Below are positions 27,988 through 37,219 of a DNA stretch of 64,000 bases, in pieces. The stretch spans positions 48,801 through 112,800 of the forward strand of contig CAVWNI010000001.1 of NCBI GenBank assembly GCA_963756315.1, written 5' to 3'. Under the pieces are notes generated by a model. It was not told the origin of the DNA, made no database searches, and worked only from the letters and a program-made list of their open reading frames with translations. The stretch is from an uncultured Acidobacteriota bacterium (lineage in GTDB: Bacteria > Acidobacteriota > Terriglobia > Terriglobales > Acidobacteriaceae). The position numbers and the translations under genes were made by a program. How positions within the stretch are numbered: position 1 is the first letter of the stretch; every line of letters starts with the position of its first letter.

Positions 27988-29374
27988 ACTTTTCCATCCG
28001 CCGGTACAACGCTCCTCGGCTCAAGCCCAGAGCGTCGGCGGCCTGGCTCACGTTGCGATCATGCCGAGCCAGAGCTTTACGGATCAGGATACTCTCGACG
28101 GCTTCCAGACTCATCTCGTCGATGTCATCGGCGGGCTTCGCGGTCTGCAGATTCAAATCGCCAGCCTGAATGCGGCGGCCGCGGCTCATGAGCACCGCGC
28201 GTTCCATGGAATGTTCGAGCTCCCTGACATTGCCGGGCCAGGAGTGTTCGAGTAGGGCGTGGAGCGCGGTGGCGTCGAGCCCCTCGATCTGCTTTCGATA
28301 ACGCGCGGCGTAGCGAGCCAGAAAGTGCGCCGCCAGCGCGGGGATATCCTCGCGTCTTTCTCTTAGCGGAGGCAGGTGAATTTCCACGGTATTCAGCCGA
28401 AACAGCAGATCGGGCCGAAAGCGGCCCTCCGCACACTCGTGGGTCAGATCGGCGTTGGTTGCAGAGAGTACCCGGACATCGATCCGGCGAACGCGCGACG
28501 AGCCGACCGGCTCCAGTTCTCCTGCCTCCAGAACGCGCAAAAGTTTTGCCTGCTGGCGGATCGGAACATTGGCGATTTCATCCAGAAATAAGGTTCCGCG
28601 ATCGGCCAGTTCAAAGCGACCAATGCGGTCGGCACGGGCGTCGGTAAACGCTCCTTTGACATGGCCGAACACTTCACTTTCAAACACGCCCTCTGAGAGC
28701 GCACCCGTATTCACGGCAATCCATGGGTGGTCGGCGCGCGCAGATAATGCGTGGAGGGTGTGCGCGACAATTTCTTTTCCGGTGCCGTGCTCCCCGGTGA
28801 TGAGCACATTGGCATCCGAGGGACCCACGCGGGTCATCGCATCGAGAACCGGCTGCATGGCCGGCGATTCAGCAATCATCTCCGGTCTGTCGGTGGCCCT
28901 TAGAAGCTGATTTTCCGCCTCCAGCAGCTGGGCGCGACGCAACGCTCGGTAGAGCGTCACCTGAGTCTGCAATACGGTCACCAAGCGGGCGTTTTCCCAA
29001 GGCTTGGTGATGAAGTCTCGAGCGCCGCGGCGCATCGCTTCGACCGCCAAGTCTACGCTGGCCCAGGCGGTCATCACAATGACAGGAAGCTGCGAATCGA
29101 TCTCCAGCACCTGCCGCAACAGTTCCAATCCTTCGTGGCCCGAGGTGGTGTCGCGGGTGTAGTTCAGGTCCATCAGCACGGCATCATACGGTCGATTGCG
29201 GAGTGCACGCAGCGCCGCCTCAGGAGAGCCGACGGTATCCACGTGGAAGCCCGCGGGCTGGAGCAATAATGTAAGCGCTTCAAGAATTTGCGGCTGGTCG
29301 TCGGCCGCAAGCACGCTGGGCAGCGTGCCTGCATCTACTTTCTTCCGATCGAGAAGCACGGGTTGTTCCGCCAT
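27977..29374 (-). CDS. Sigma-54-dependent response regulator (NtrC/AtoC family: REC, AAA+, Fis-type HTH)
   Basis: REC domain (LAADDQP...AVLMDLNY...KP). Walker A GEHGTGKE. The GAFTDA loop in ESEVFGHVKGAFTDA is diagnostic of sigma-54 activators. C-terminal HTH is NVSQAADALGLSRGALYRRMEKYGI. Confidence 0.93.
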   Translation of the reverse strand: MAEQPVLLDRKKVDAGTLPSVLAADDQPQILEALTLLLQPAGFHVDTVGSPEAALRALRNRPYDAVLMDLNYTRDTTSGHEGLELLRQVLEIDSQLPVIVMTAWASVDLAVEAMRRGARDFITKPWENARLVTVLQTQVTLYRALRRAQLLEAENQLLRATDRPEMIAESPAMQPVLDAMTRVGPSDANVLITGEHGTGKEIVAHTLHALSARADHPWIAVNTGALSEGVFESEVFGHVKGAFTDARADRIGRFELADRGTLFLDEIANVPIRQQAKLLRVLEAGELEPVGSSRVRRIDVRVLSATNADLTHECAEGRFRPDLLFRLNTVEIHLPPLRERREDIPALAAHFLARYAARYRKQIEGLDATALHALLEHSWPGNVRELEHSMERAVLMSRGRRIQAGDLNLQTAKPADDIDEMSLEAVESILIRKALARHDRNVSQAADALGLSRGALYRRMEKYGI

Positions 29375-29416
29375 GGCAGCCCCTCGCTTAGAGTATCGTG
29401 ATTCCGCCCCATACTC

Positions 29417-31420
29417 TTACGGTTGGCGAACCTCGCCGGTTTTTGCGACTACGATGGAGACGCCCATTCGCTCCAGCGTTTCTCCGGTGGCGCGGTCGAT
29501 ATCCACCTTGGCCTTTTCATCGGCTGTCTTTGCGGCCACGAGAGTGGATTCGGCAATAGCCAGATCGTGTTCCGCGACCAGCGCGTCGTAGGTGGACTTA
29601 GCACCGAGTTTCTGTTCCCGTTCGGTGATGTCGAATGTGCGTTGAGCCAAATCGCGGGCCTTCTGCACGGCATCGACACGGGCCTGGGCCTGTTGATATG
29701 CGAACTGAGAGTTGCGCACGTCGAAACGGATGCTCTTCTTCTGTTCTTCGAAGGAGATTTGTTTCTGCCGATATTCCAGCGAGGCGCGGAACTGATCTGC
29801 CTTGGCGACACGATTGCGAAGAGGGATCTGCAGCGTCATGCCAACTTGATATTCCGGCGAAGAGTAGTTGAAGGTGTTTCTGAACATGCCGCCGAATCCT
29901 GCGGGAAGATTGGTGACGCACTGGTCGCCCAGGCTGCAGTTCGGGTTTGCCGGTCCTGCGCTACCTGCGCCCTCATAGAAGCCATAGGCATTTAACGTAG
30001 GCAACAGCTCGTTGCGGATCGATTTGAGGCTCATCTGCGCCACCTGCATCGCAAGCTCGTCCTCGGAGACATCAGGCCGATTCTTTTCGGCCTCGGCGAT
30101 TAGATCGTCAATCGGCATGGAAGCGTTGGGGTCGGGTGGGCCGACGCGATCCAGAGGAATGACGGACATCTCATCGATTCCAGGATTGTCGCTCTTGGTG
30201 AGGGCGTTGATGATGAGCAGCTCATTCAAGCGGAGATTGGAACGCGAAATCGTAAGGTCACCCTCACTGGTAGCCACATCTGACTCGTCCTTGATAACCT
30301 GAATGGCCGGAATGGCCTGCAACTCAAGCTGCTTCTGGTCATCCTGAAGAGTCTTATGGGCAAAAGCGACCAGCCGCTCCTTGATCAGTTCGTCTTCATA
30401 GGCATCCACAAGGTCCCAGTAGATATTTTCGACCTGCGTGATTGTCGCAATCACCTGCGAACGAAAGGCCAGATCGGTGATCTGCATATTTTTTTTGGCG
30501 ATACGCATATAGCGCTCGTTAGTGGCGATACCAAAACCGGCGAGCAACTGTTGTGTGAGTTTCACCTGGAGATTCGAGTACAGCGTGGGATTGATGGCTT
30601 CGTAGGGGCTGTTATTAGCGAAACGCTGGCCCACATAGTTGATGTCCAGGCCTGTTCCCAGCGGAAAGTTCTGGGTGTAACTGGTCAGCGCTTCAATGGT
30701 GTTCTCCTTGAAAATGGGAACACCCACGGAGAAAGGGTTCGTTTCCTGGATTACGGTGTGATCCACGTAGCCCTGGAAAGTCACGTAGGGATCGAAGGAA
30801 GCGACCGCGGTTCCGCTGCCGAGGGTCGAAGTTACGATACCGCCTGCGCCGGCAGCCGCCGATCCTGAACTGGCGCCTGCACTGGAACTTCCTCCCGAGA
30901 AGCCGCCCTGCGTGGACGACTGCACGATTGCTGTATTGACACCACGCGCGCTGCCGCCCGCCTTTGTGCGTGCATAGTCGGTTTGCGCAATGGGGAAGTT
31001 ATAGCGGAAGTAGGCAAGATCCAGATTGTTCTCGATGGCAAGAGCGATCGCGTCACTCAACGAGATGTACAGCTTTCCATCACGGATCAAGCTTTGAAGG
31101 CGCGGCGAGTTGTTTAAGTCCAGCGGAGGAGCATCCGTGGGCCTATATGGCGACAATGGATTGCGCGAGTGCGGGAGGGGCACATGAAAAGGCTGTTGTG
31201 GAGCAAACGACAGCTGCTGCGTCTGTTGAATTTGTTGGGCCAGAGAAGGAGACGCGGCCGACTGAGGGTTCGCCGTGGGCGCGGGAGCCTGCGGCACAGC
31301 CGAAGTTGTTTGCGAATCGGCACCCGCTGCCGGCGGTACTGGCTGCGTGAAAGCCACCGTCCCGGTTGCGAATAAGCCTACAACCACGCCGATTGTCAGC
31401 AGGTCTTTCCAGTTGGACAT
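29417..31420 (-). CDS. TolC-family outer-membrane efflux duct with P/Q/A-rich N-terminal extension
   Basis: Start taken at MSNWKDLLTIGVVVGLFATGTVAF (signal-like), 11 nt after the ATPase stop. It has two TolC repeats (LSLSDAIALAIENNLDLA..., LRNRVAKADQFRA...AKVDIDRATG). The ORF track extends to 31501. Confidence 0.85.
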   Translation of the reverse strand: MSNWKDLLTIGVVVGLFATGTVAFTQPVPPAAGADSQTTSAVPQAPAPTANPQSAASPSLAQQIQQTQQLSFAPQQPFHVPLPHSRNPLSPYRPTDAPPLDLNNSPRLQSLIRDGKLYISLSDAIALAIENNLDLAYFRYNFPIAQTDYARTKAGGSARGVNTAIVQSSTQGGFSGGSSSAGASSGSAAAGAGGIVTSTLGSGTAVASFDPYVTFQGYVDHTVIQETNPFSVGVPIFKENTIEALTSYTQNFPLGTGLDINYVGQRFANNSPYEAINPTLYSNLQVKLTQQLLAGFGIATNERYMRIAKKNMQITDLAFRSQVIATITQVENIYWDLVDAYEDELIKERLVAFAHKTLQDDQKQLELQAIPAIQVIKDESDVATSEGDLTISRSNLRLNELLIINALTKSDNPGIDEMSVIPLDRVGPPDPNASMPIDDLIAEAEKNRPDVSEDELAMQVAQMSLKSIRNELLPTLNAYGFYEGAGSAGPANPNCSLGDQCVTNLPAGFGGMFRNTFNYSSPEYQVGMTLQIPLRNRVAKADQFRASLEYRQKQISFEEQKKSIRFDVRNSQFAYQQAQARVDAVQKARDLAQRTFDITEREQKLGAKSTYDALVAEHDLAIAESTLVAAKTADEKAKVDIDRATGETLERMGVSIVVAKTGEVRQP

Positions 31421-31431
31421 TCCTAGGCTCC

Positions 31432-32145
31432 TCACGCTTTTCCCTCTCCTGTCTGCTGCAACTCGGGGCGTGCGGAATCTGAAACGATCCATCCGTCGCA
31501 CAGCTGGACGGTACGCGTCCCATAGGTGGCATTCAGGTCGGAATGGGTGACCTGTACAATCGTGGTTCCTTGCTGGTTCAGTTCGCGAAATAGCTCCATG
31601 ATCTCCTTCGCCTGGGTGGAATGCAGATTGCCGGTCGGCTCATCCGCCAGCAACAATGCAGGCTTGTGGATGACGGCGCGGGCGATGCCGACCAGTTGCT
31701 GTTGGCCGCCTGAAAGCTGGGACGGGAACAGATCCTTCTTGGCGACCATACGGAAGCGATCCAGAACGTCCGCCACCATTGCCTGCCGCTCAGCGGACGG
31801 AATGTTCTTGTATGACAGGGGCAGGTCAATGTTCTCGGCCACCGTCAAATCATCCAGCAGATGATAGCTTTGGAAAACCATGCCCATGCGGCGGCGGGAG
31901 AGATCCGCGCGCTGCTTACGGCTCAGCTTGTGCACGGCCTGCTCTCCGAACCAATACTCCCCTTGCCAGTCGTCATCCAGCAGTCCAAGGATATTCAGAA
32001 GTGACGACTTGCCTGATCCCGAGGGGCCCATGATGGTGACAAACTCGCCTTCGAGGATTTCCATGTGGATACGTCGTAGCACCCACGATTGCCCGACGCC
32101 GGACTTGTAGCTTCGGTCGATATTTTTCAATTGAATCATTCTCAT
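31432..32145 (-). CDS. ABC transporter ATP-binding protein, MacB/LolD-type (ATPase 2)
   Basis: Walker A GPSGSGKS, Q-loop VFQSY, signature LSGGQQQ(L), Walker B LLLADEPT and H-loop VTHS. The start is ATG 32145 or 32139 (MIQLKNIDRSY), after AGGTGAG. Confidence 0.9.
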   Translation of the reverse strand: MRMIQLKNIDRSYKSGVGQSWVLRRIHMEILEGEFVTIMGPSGSGKSSLLNILGLLDDDWQGEYWFGEQAVHKLSRKQRADLSRRRMGMVFQSYHLLDDLTVAENIDLPLSYKNIPSAERQAMVADVLDRFRMVAKKDLFPSQLSGGQQQLVGIARAVIHKPALLLADEPTGNLHSTQAKEIMELFRELNQQGTTIVQVTHSDLNATYGTRTVQLCDGWIVSDSARPELQQTGEGKA

Positions 32146-32222
32146 CTCACCTGTAAAAACTTTGTTGCTGTATGAAATTGCGCGATGGCTCAGTGCCTCT
32201 GGGTACGCCGCTTGCATGGGAA

Positions 32223-34697
32223 TTATTCGGTTCGCAGCGCCTCCACCGGTTCAATCTTCGCGGCCCGCCGCGCGGGAAGATAACTGGCCAGCAGCCCGAC
32301 GCCAACCAGCAGGACGGACACCGCCAGCAGGGTGAGCGTGTCGTGCGGAGCGACGCCGTAGAGGAAACTGCGAACCAACTGTTCGGTGAAGTATGCCGCC
32401 AGAATTCCCAGCAAAAGGCCCGCGCCGAGTACTTTGGCGGCCTGTCGCAACACCATCCCAAGAATGTCTTCTCGCTGCGCGCCCAATGCAAGCCTTACGC
32501 CAATTTCCCGCGTGCGTTGACTGACACCGTAGCTCAGCAAACCGTAGAGCCCGGCTGCGGCAATCAGGACAGCGGCCATCGCGAATAGCCAAAGCAAACG
32601 CGCGGCGAGACGCTGGCTTCCCAGAACGGAGTCAATTTTTTCGGTCATGGTTTGCACGTTATTAACAACAAAAGTCGTATCCATCTTTGCCAAAACACGG
32701 CTCACGGTGGGAATAAGCGCTTGTGGCTGCTGTTTCGTGCGCACCACAATTTGCATGAAGGCGGTAAAAATCGGATAAAAATCGTCGCCGACCGGCACCT
32801 GGTAAATATCGATATCTACTTCGGGTTCCGGCCTCTGTCCAAGGGCATCCTGCGGCGTGTTCTCGACAACACCCACGACCGTCGCATCTTTCAACACGCT
32901 TTTCGTGGAGGGCCCAAGATCGAGGTTCAGCCTTTTTCCAAGCGGCTGATTTCCAAGATATTGGTGGGCAAATGCCTGGTTCACGACAACAACGGCAGTC
33001 GTTCCGATGCGATCCTCTTGATTAAACAAACGCCCTTCCAGCAAAGAGGTCTCGAGCGTGCGGTAGACGCCTGGAGTGACGGCATGCAGAACAACGCTAC
33101 GGTCGGACGCATTGGCCAAAGGTTCGCCAATGACAGCGAAGTTATCGCCCAAGTGCACATTATTTGTCAGCGGCGAAGCGGTCATCAATGCCGCCGATTC
33201 CACACCCGGAATATGCTGCACCCGATCCAGCAATGGCCTGTAGAAGATATCGCGAATATCCGCTTGGTCCTTCGCCGGCGAAAACATCATTGCGCTGCCG
33301 TGGTATGAAAAAAACTGCGCAGTGATAAGGTGTTGCGGATTAAACCCGAGAGGCACTTGGCGCAGCGCATACAGAGTCCGCAGCAGCAATCCTGCGGAGA
33401 CCAGCAGCACCAGCGACAATGCGAACTCGCCAATGATGAGTGCATTGCGCAGGCGTAGCTGTTTTACACCTGCTCCTCCCCCTCTGGACCCCTCGTGCAG
33501 GGCCTCCTGCGGATCGGCAGATGCCGCCTGAAAGGCTGGCGCTGTGCCGAAAATTACGGCAGATACGATGGAAAGCACAATGAGCAACAGAATGACGTGC
33601 CCATTGAGCGCAATGTCTGCCGACCTGCTTAAGCTTGCATCGATTGAACGGCGCAGCAGCGCAAGGCATCCGTAAGCTACGCCCAGACCAATCACTCCTC
33701 CGGAGACCCCCAGCAAGAGGCTTTCTGTAAGGAATTGCCGCACGATGCGTCCTATTGCCGCACCGAGCGCGGCACGAACCGCAATCTCTCGCCGCCGCGC
33801 TGCCATCCGCGTCAGCATCAGTCCTGCAATGTTGGCACAGGCGATCAACCACACCAGTAAAACCGCTCCCAGTAAAGCCAGTAATGCGGGGCGGACCGGC
33901 CCGACCAGGGCATCAAGATAACTCTTCACTACCACGCTTTTCGGCAGATCCTCATTTTCATAGCGTTGTGCAATGTTTCCCTGAATGCCATTCAATTCTG
34001 CTGTCGCGGAAGCAACCGTCACGCCGGTCCGTAGCCGTCCGATCGCGCGCAGAAATGCGGAGCCGCGGTTCTCCATGCTTGGCGTCCGAGTCAAAACTGT
34101 CCAGACAATCGGACCATCGTCGTTGATGCCGACATAGAAGCGGGGCGGCATCACTCCAACTACCTGATATGGGTTGGATCCGAGTTGGATGGTCTGGCCG
34201 AGAATGTCTTTGTTGCCATGAAAGTTGTTGCGCCAGACGTAATAGCTGAGGACAACAACTCCGGCATTCTCTCCTTCGGTTCCTTGCGGGAGAAACGTTC
34301 TCCCTAACAAAGGTCTCGCCTGCAACATAGAAAAAAAGTTGGGGCTGGTTTCCGTATTGATGGAAAACTGAGCGCTGCCATCGGGTTTCTTCAAATCAAA
34401 GAAACTCTGTGTGTACCACGCGATGTCCTGAAACGATTTGCTCTGCTGGCGCCAATCCCGCAGATCGGGCAATGACGAGGCGCTGAGGCCTCCGCTATCG
34501 CTCGCCTCACCAAGCACCACAATCTGCGACGAATGCGGAACGGGTAAGGGTCGCAGCAGCACGGCGTCGACCACCGTAAACATTGCGGCGCTAATACCGA
34601 TACCGAGCGCCAACGTCAACACTGCGGTGAAGGTAAAGCCGGGCGCTTTTCGCAACTGCCGGATAGCGTAACGAAGATCCTGCCATGTTGACTGCAT
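32223..34697 (-). CDS. ADOP-type duplicated FtsX/MacB-like permease P6 (last of the six-gene array)
   Basis: [22 protein letters not shown]... ends in EPVEALRTE. ATG 34697 follows TAGGTGcatcga and gives the family-typical N-terminal length. An in-frame GTG at 34706 abuts the P5 stop. Confidence 0.9.
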   Translation of the reverse strand: MQSTWQDLRYAIRQLRKAPGFTFTAVLTLALGIGISAAMFTVVDAVLLRPLPVPHSSQIVVLGEASDSGGLSASSLPDLRDWRQQSKSFQDIAWYTQSFFDLKKPDGSAQFSINTETSPNFFSMLQARPLLGRTFLPQGTEGENAGVVVLSYYVWRNNFHGNKDILGQTIQLGSNPYQVVGVMPPRFYVGINDDGPIVWTVLTRTPSMENRGSAFLRAIGRLRTGVTVASATAELNGIQGNIAQRYENEDLPKSVVVKSYLDALVGPVRPALLALLGAVLLVWLIACANIAGLMLTRMAARRREIAVRAALGAAIGRIVRQFLTESLLLGVSGGVIGLGVAYGCLALLRRSIDASLSRSADIALNGHVILLLIVLSIVSAVIFGTAPAFQAASADPQEALHEGSRGGGAGVKQLRLRNALIIGEFALSLVLLVSAGLLLRTLYALRQVPLGFNPQHLITAQFFSYHGSAMMFSPAKDQADIRDIFYRPLLDRVQHIPGVESAALMTASPLTNNVHLGDNFAVIGEPLANASDRSVVLHAVTPGVYRTLETSLLEGRLFNQEDRIGTTAVVVVNQAFAHQYLGNQPLGKRLNLDLGPSTKSVLKDATVVGVVENTPQDALGQRPEPEVDIDIYQVPVGDDFYPIFTAFMQIVVRTKQQPQALIPTVSRVLAKMDTTFVVNNVQTMTEKIDSVLGSQRLAARLLWLFAMAAVLIAAAGLYGLLSYGVSQRTREIGVRLALGAQREDILGMVLRQAAKVLGAGLLLGILAAYFTEQLVRSFLYGVAPHDTLTLLAVSVLLVGVGLLASYLPARRAAKIEPVEALRTE

Positions 34698-34706
34698 TCG
34701 ATGCAC

Positions 34707-37208
34707 CTATTCTTCCCGCAGAATTTCGACTGGTTCGGTCATCGCGGCGCGTCTCGCTGGAAGGTATGCGGCGAACAAACCGCAGGCTACCAACAGGAGA
34801 CCAGCCGCCCACAGCGTCCCCTGGTCCCCGGGATGAACCTGATAGAGGTATCCCCGCAACAAGCGACCGGTCGCATATGACAACGCGGTTCCCAAGGCCA
34901 CGCCTACCAGCAACAAAATCGCTGCGCGCCATAGAATGAGCTTCAGAATATCCACGCGTTGGGCGCCCACAGCCAGGCGAACCGCCATCTCTCGCCGACG
35001 CAGGCTGACTGCGTACAACAAAGATCCATACAGCCCGGCCAATGTGATCAGCAGCGCTGTTCCACCGAACAGTTCGAGCAGATGAGCGGCCAGATTCTGG
35101 TCGCCCATCGAATCCTCGACGACCTGGTCCATCGTCTCGATTTTCACTCCACGCAATTGCGGCGCCATTTGGCCGAGGAGGTTGCGGATCTCCGGAATGA
35201 CGATTTCCGGTTGCTCGCGGGTGCGGACCGCCAATTGCATGTGGACGCTCGCAACCACTCCGTACAAGTTATCCGCCGGCAGCAGTTGCGGCAGGCATAT
35301 CCAAACCTGGGGGCCTCGTTCTTCGGCCAGCGAGCGCTGTGGCAGATCGTCCATGACGCCGATGACGATCTCATGGGCATTCTTGCCCTTGTGCAGATTC
35401 ATAAACGGCTTACCAAGAACACGGCTGTCGGATGGCCATTCCTCTTTGGCGAAAGCTTGATTTACCACAACGACGGGTTGCGATTCAGATGTGTCGTTCG
35501 CGTTGAAAAATCTGCCTTGCAGCATTCGAAAACCGAATACACGCTGCAGGTCCGGCGTCGCCACATTGAGTTGTGCATGGACGAGCTTGTTCTCTGCGTT
35601 GCGTGCGCCGCTGGCCTGTGGGCCGTCGTTGTAGAGGGAAAGCTGCACCCAAAAACCTGCATCCAGCGGAACCGATGTCGATAGACTGGCAGCCTGCACA
35701 TCCGGCAGTTGCTGAGTTTTCGTCAGCAGTGGCTCGTAGAGCTGTGTGACCAGGTTGGTGTTGCGATACTGATAGCGGGGGATATTGAAGTCCGCCGTCA
35801 CCACGTGGTCCGTACGTATGCCCAACGACTCGTGACGCAGGGCATACAACGTGCGCAGCAGCAGACCGCAGGCGACAAGCAGGGTCAGCGAGAGCGCGAT
35901 CTCAACCACGATCAATCCGTCGCGCAGATACTTCTGTCGCCGGTCTGTGCTGCTGTGCATACCTCCCTGCTGCAACGCCTGTAGAGCTGGAATCCTGGAT
36001 GTCATCAGCGCGGGTATCACGCCGCAGACCACTGCGGAAACAATCGAGAACGCGCCCAGAGCCAGCAGCACGGGGTAATTCAGGTGAATGTCGCGGACGA
36101 TCGAAATTCTCTGGAGCAAAGCATGACGGAACGCGTGTAGCGCCACAGATGCGAAGCCAATTCCAACCGCTGTCGCAATCAGGCTGAGCACCAGGCTTTC
36201 CGAAAGAGATTGCCACAGCAGTCGCGTGCGGCTCGCTCCTAACGCCGCTCGCACCGCAACCTGCCGCTGCCGTGCGGATCCGCGCACCAGCAGCAGACCC
36301 GCCAGATTCGCGCAGGCAATCAGCCACAGGACAAGGCATGCGCATTCCAGGATTAACAGGGCCGGCCGAAATTTTCCCGTTAAGGTGTCTCGATATGACT
36401 GCACTGACACCGACACCGGGACAGGATAGGCATAGCTCGCCGGATATTCCCTGGCAATGCCCTGTTGCAGGTCGTTCAGTTCTCGCTGCGCGGCAGTGAT
36501 GCTAACGCCTGATTGCAGCCTCCCGATTGCGGCGTAGTTTGCGGGTGGGGTGCTGCGACTGGGCATCGCCGGAGTCACTGGAAGCGGCGTCCATACCTGC
36601 GGCTCGGTGGCCCATATCTGCTCGCGGGCATCCATCAGCGGATAAGAAAACGACTTCGGCATCACGCCGATGACGGTGTAAGGCTGCCCATCTAACTGGA
36701 TCGTTTGCCCAAGAGCGTCAGGATCGCGATGAAAGTACTTGGTCCAGATTGCATCGCTCAATACGACCACATGGTCCCGACCAGGAGTTTGCTCCTCCAC
36801 TCCATAGGTACGCCCCAGCTGTGGCTGTACTCCAAGAACAACGAACAGATTCGCGCTGCTCTCGACATTCGAAACGGATTCTCCTCGGCCGGCATCTTCA
36901 AAAAACTGATTGAAATTGTTGTCGTACGCAATGCGGCTCAACGTATGCGAGCGCTTCTGCCACTCCACGATATCGGGATAATTGAGGCCCAACATCGGCC
37001 TTCCATGCTGATAGAACGTTGTAGGAACCACCAGCCGGTTGGCGTCGGCATAGGGCAGCGGTCGCAGCAGGACCGCGTTGAGCACCGCGAACATGGCCGC
37101 GTTGGCGCCGATGCCCAACGCAAGGACGAACACCGCCGTCACCGTAAATCCCGGTGACTTGCGCAACTGCCGCAGCGCATAGCGTAGATCGGCCAACAAG
37201 TTCGTCAT
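34707..37208 (-). CDS. ADOP-type duplicated FtsX/MacB-like permease P5
   Basis: [22 protein letters not shown]... ends in EPVEILREE. 833 aa with two FtsX-type units. Confidence 0.92.
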   Translation of the reverse strand: MTNLLADLRYALRQLRKSPGFTVTAVFVLALGIGANAAMFAVLNAVLLRPLPYADANRLVVPTTFYQHGRPMLGLNYPDIVEWQKRSHTLSRIAYDNNFNQFFEDAGRGESVSNVESSANLFVVLGVQPQLGRTYGVEEQTPGRDHVVVLSDAIWTKYFHRDPDALGQTIQLDGQPYTVIGVMPKSFSYPLMDAREQIWATEPQVWTPLPVTPAMPSRSTPPANYAAIGRLQSGVSITAAQRELNDLQQGIAREYPASYAYPVPVSVSVQSYRDTLTGKFRPALLILECACLVLWLIACANLAGLLLVRGSARQRQVAVRAALGASRTRLLWQSLSESLVLSLIATAVGIGFASVALHAFRHALLQRISIVRDIHLNYPVLLALGAFSIVSAVVCGVIPALMTSRIPALQALQQGGMHSSTDRRQKYLRDGLIVVEIALSLTLLVACGLLLRTLYALRHESLGIRTDHVVTADFNIPRYQYRNTNLVTQLYEPLLTKTQQLPDVQAASLSTSVPLDAGFWVQLSLYNDGPQASGARNAENKLVHAQLNVATPDLQRVFGFRMLQGRFFNANDTSESQPVVVVNQAFAKEEWPSDSRVLGKPFMNLHKGKNAHEIVIGVMDDLPQRSLAEERGPQVWICLPQLLPADNLYGVVASVHMQLAVRTREQPEIVIPEIRNLLGQMAPQLRGVKIETMDQVVEDSMGDQNLAAHLLELFGGTALLITLAGLYGSLLYAVSLRRREMAVRLAVGAQRVDILKLILWRAAILLLVGVALGTALSYATGRLLRGYLYQVHPGDQGTLWAAGLLLVACGLFAAYLPARRAAMTEPVEILREE

Positions 37209-37219
37209 CGTCTCTTCCT

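Noticed and set aside
32182-32197. Sigma-54-like element GGCACTGAGCCATCGC (minus strand) upstream of ATPase 2.
   Set aside because: The GG-to-GC spacing is two nucleotides too long for a -24/-12 promoter, and the -12 region does not match TTGC.
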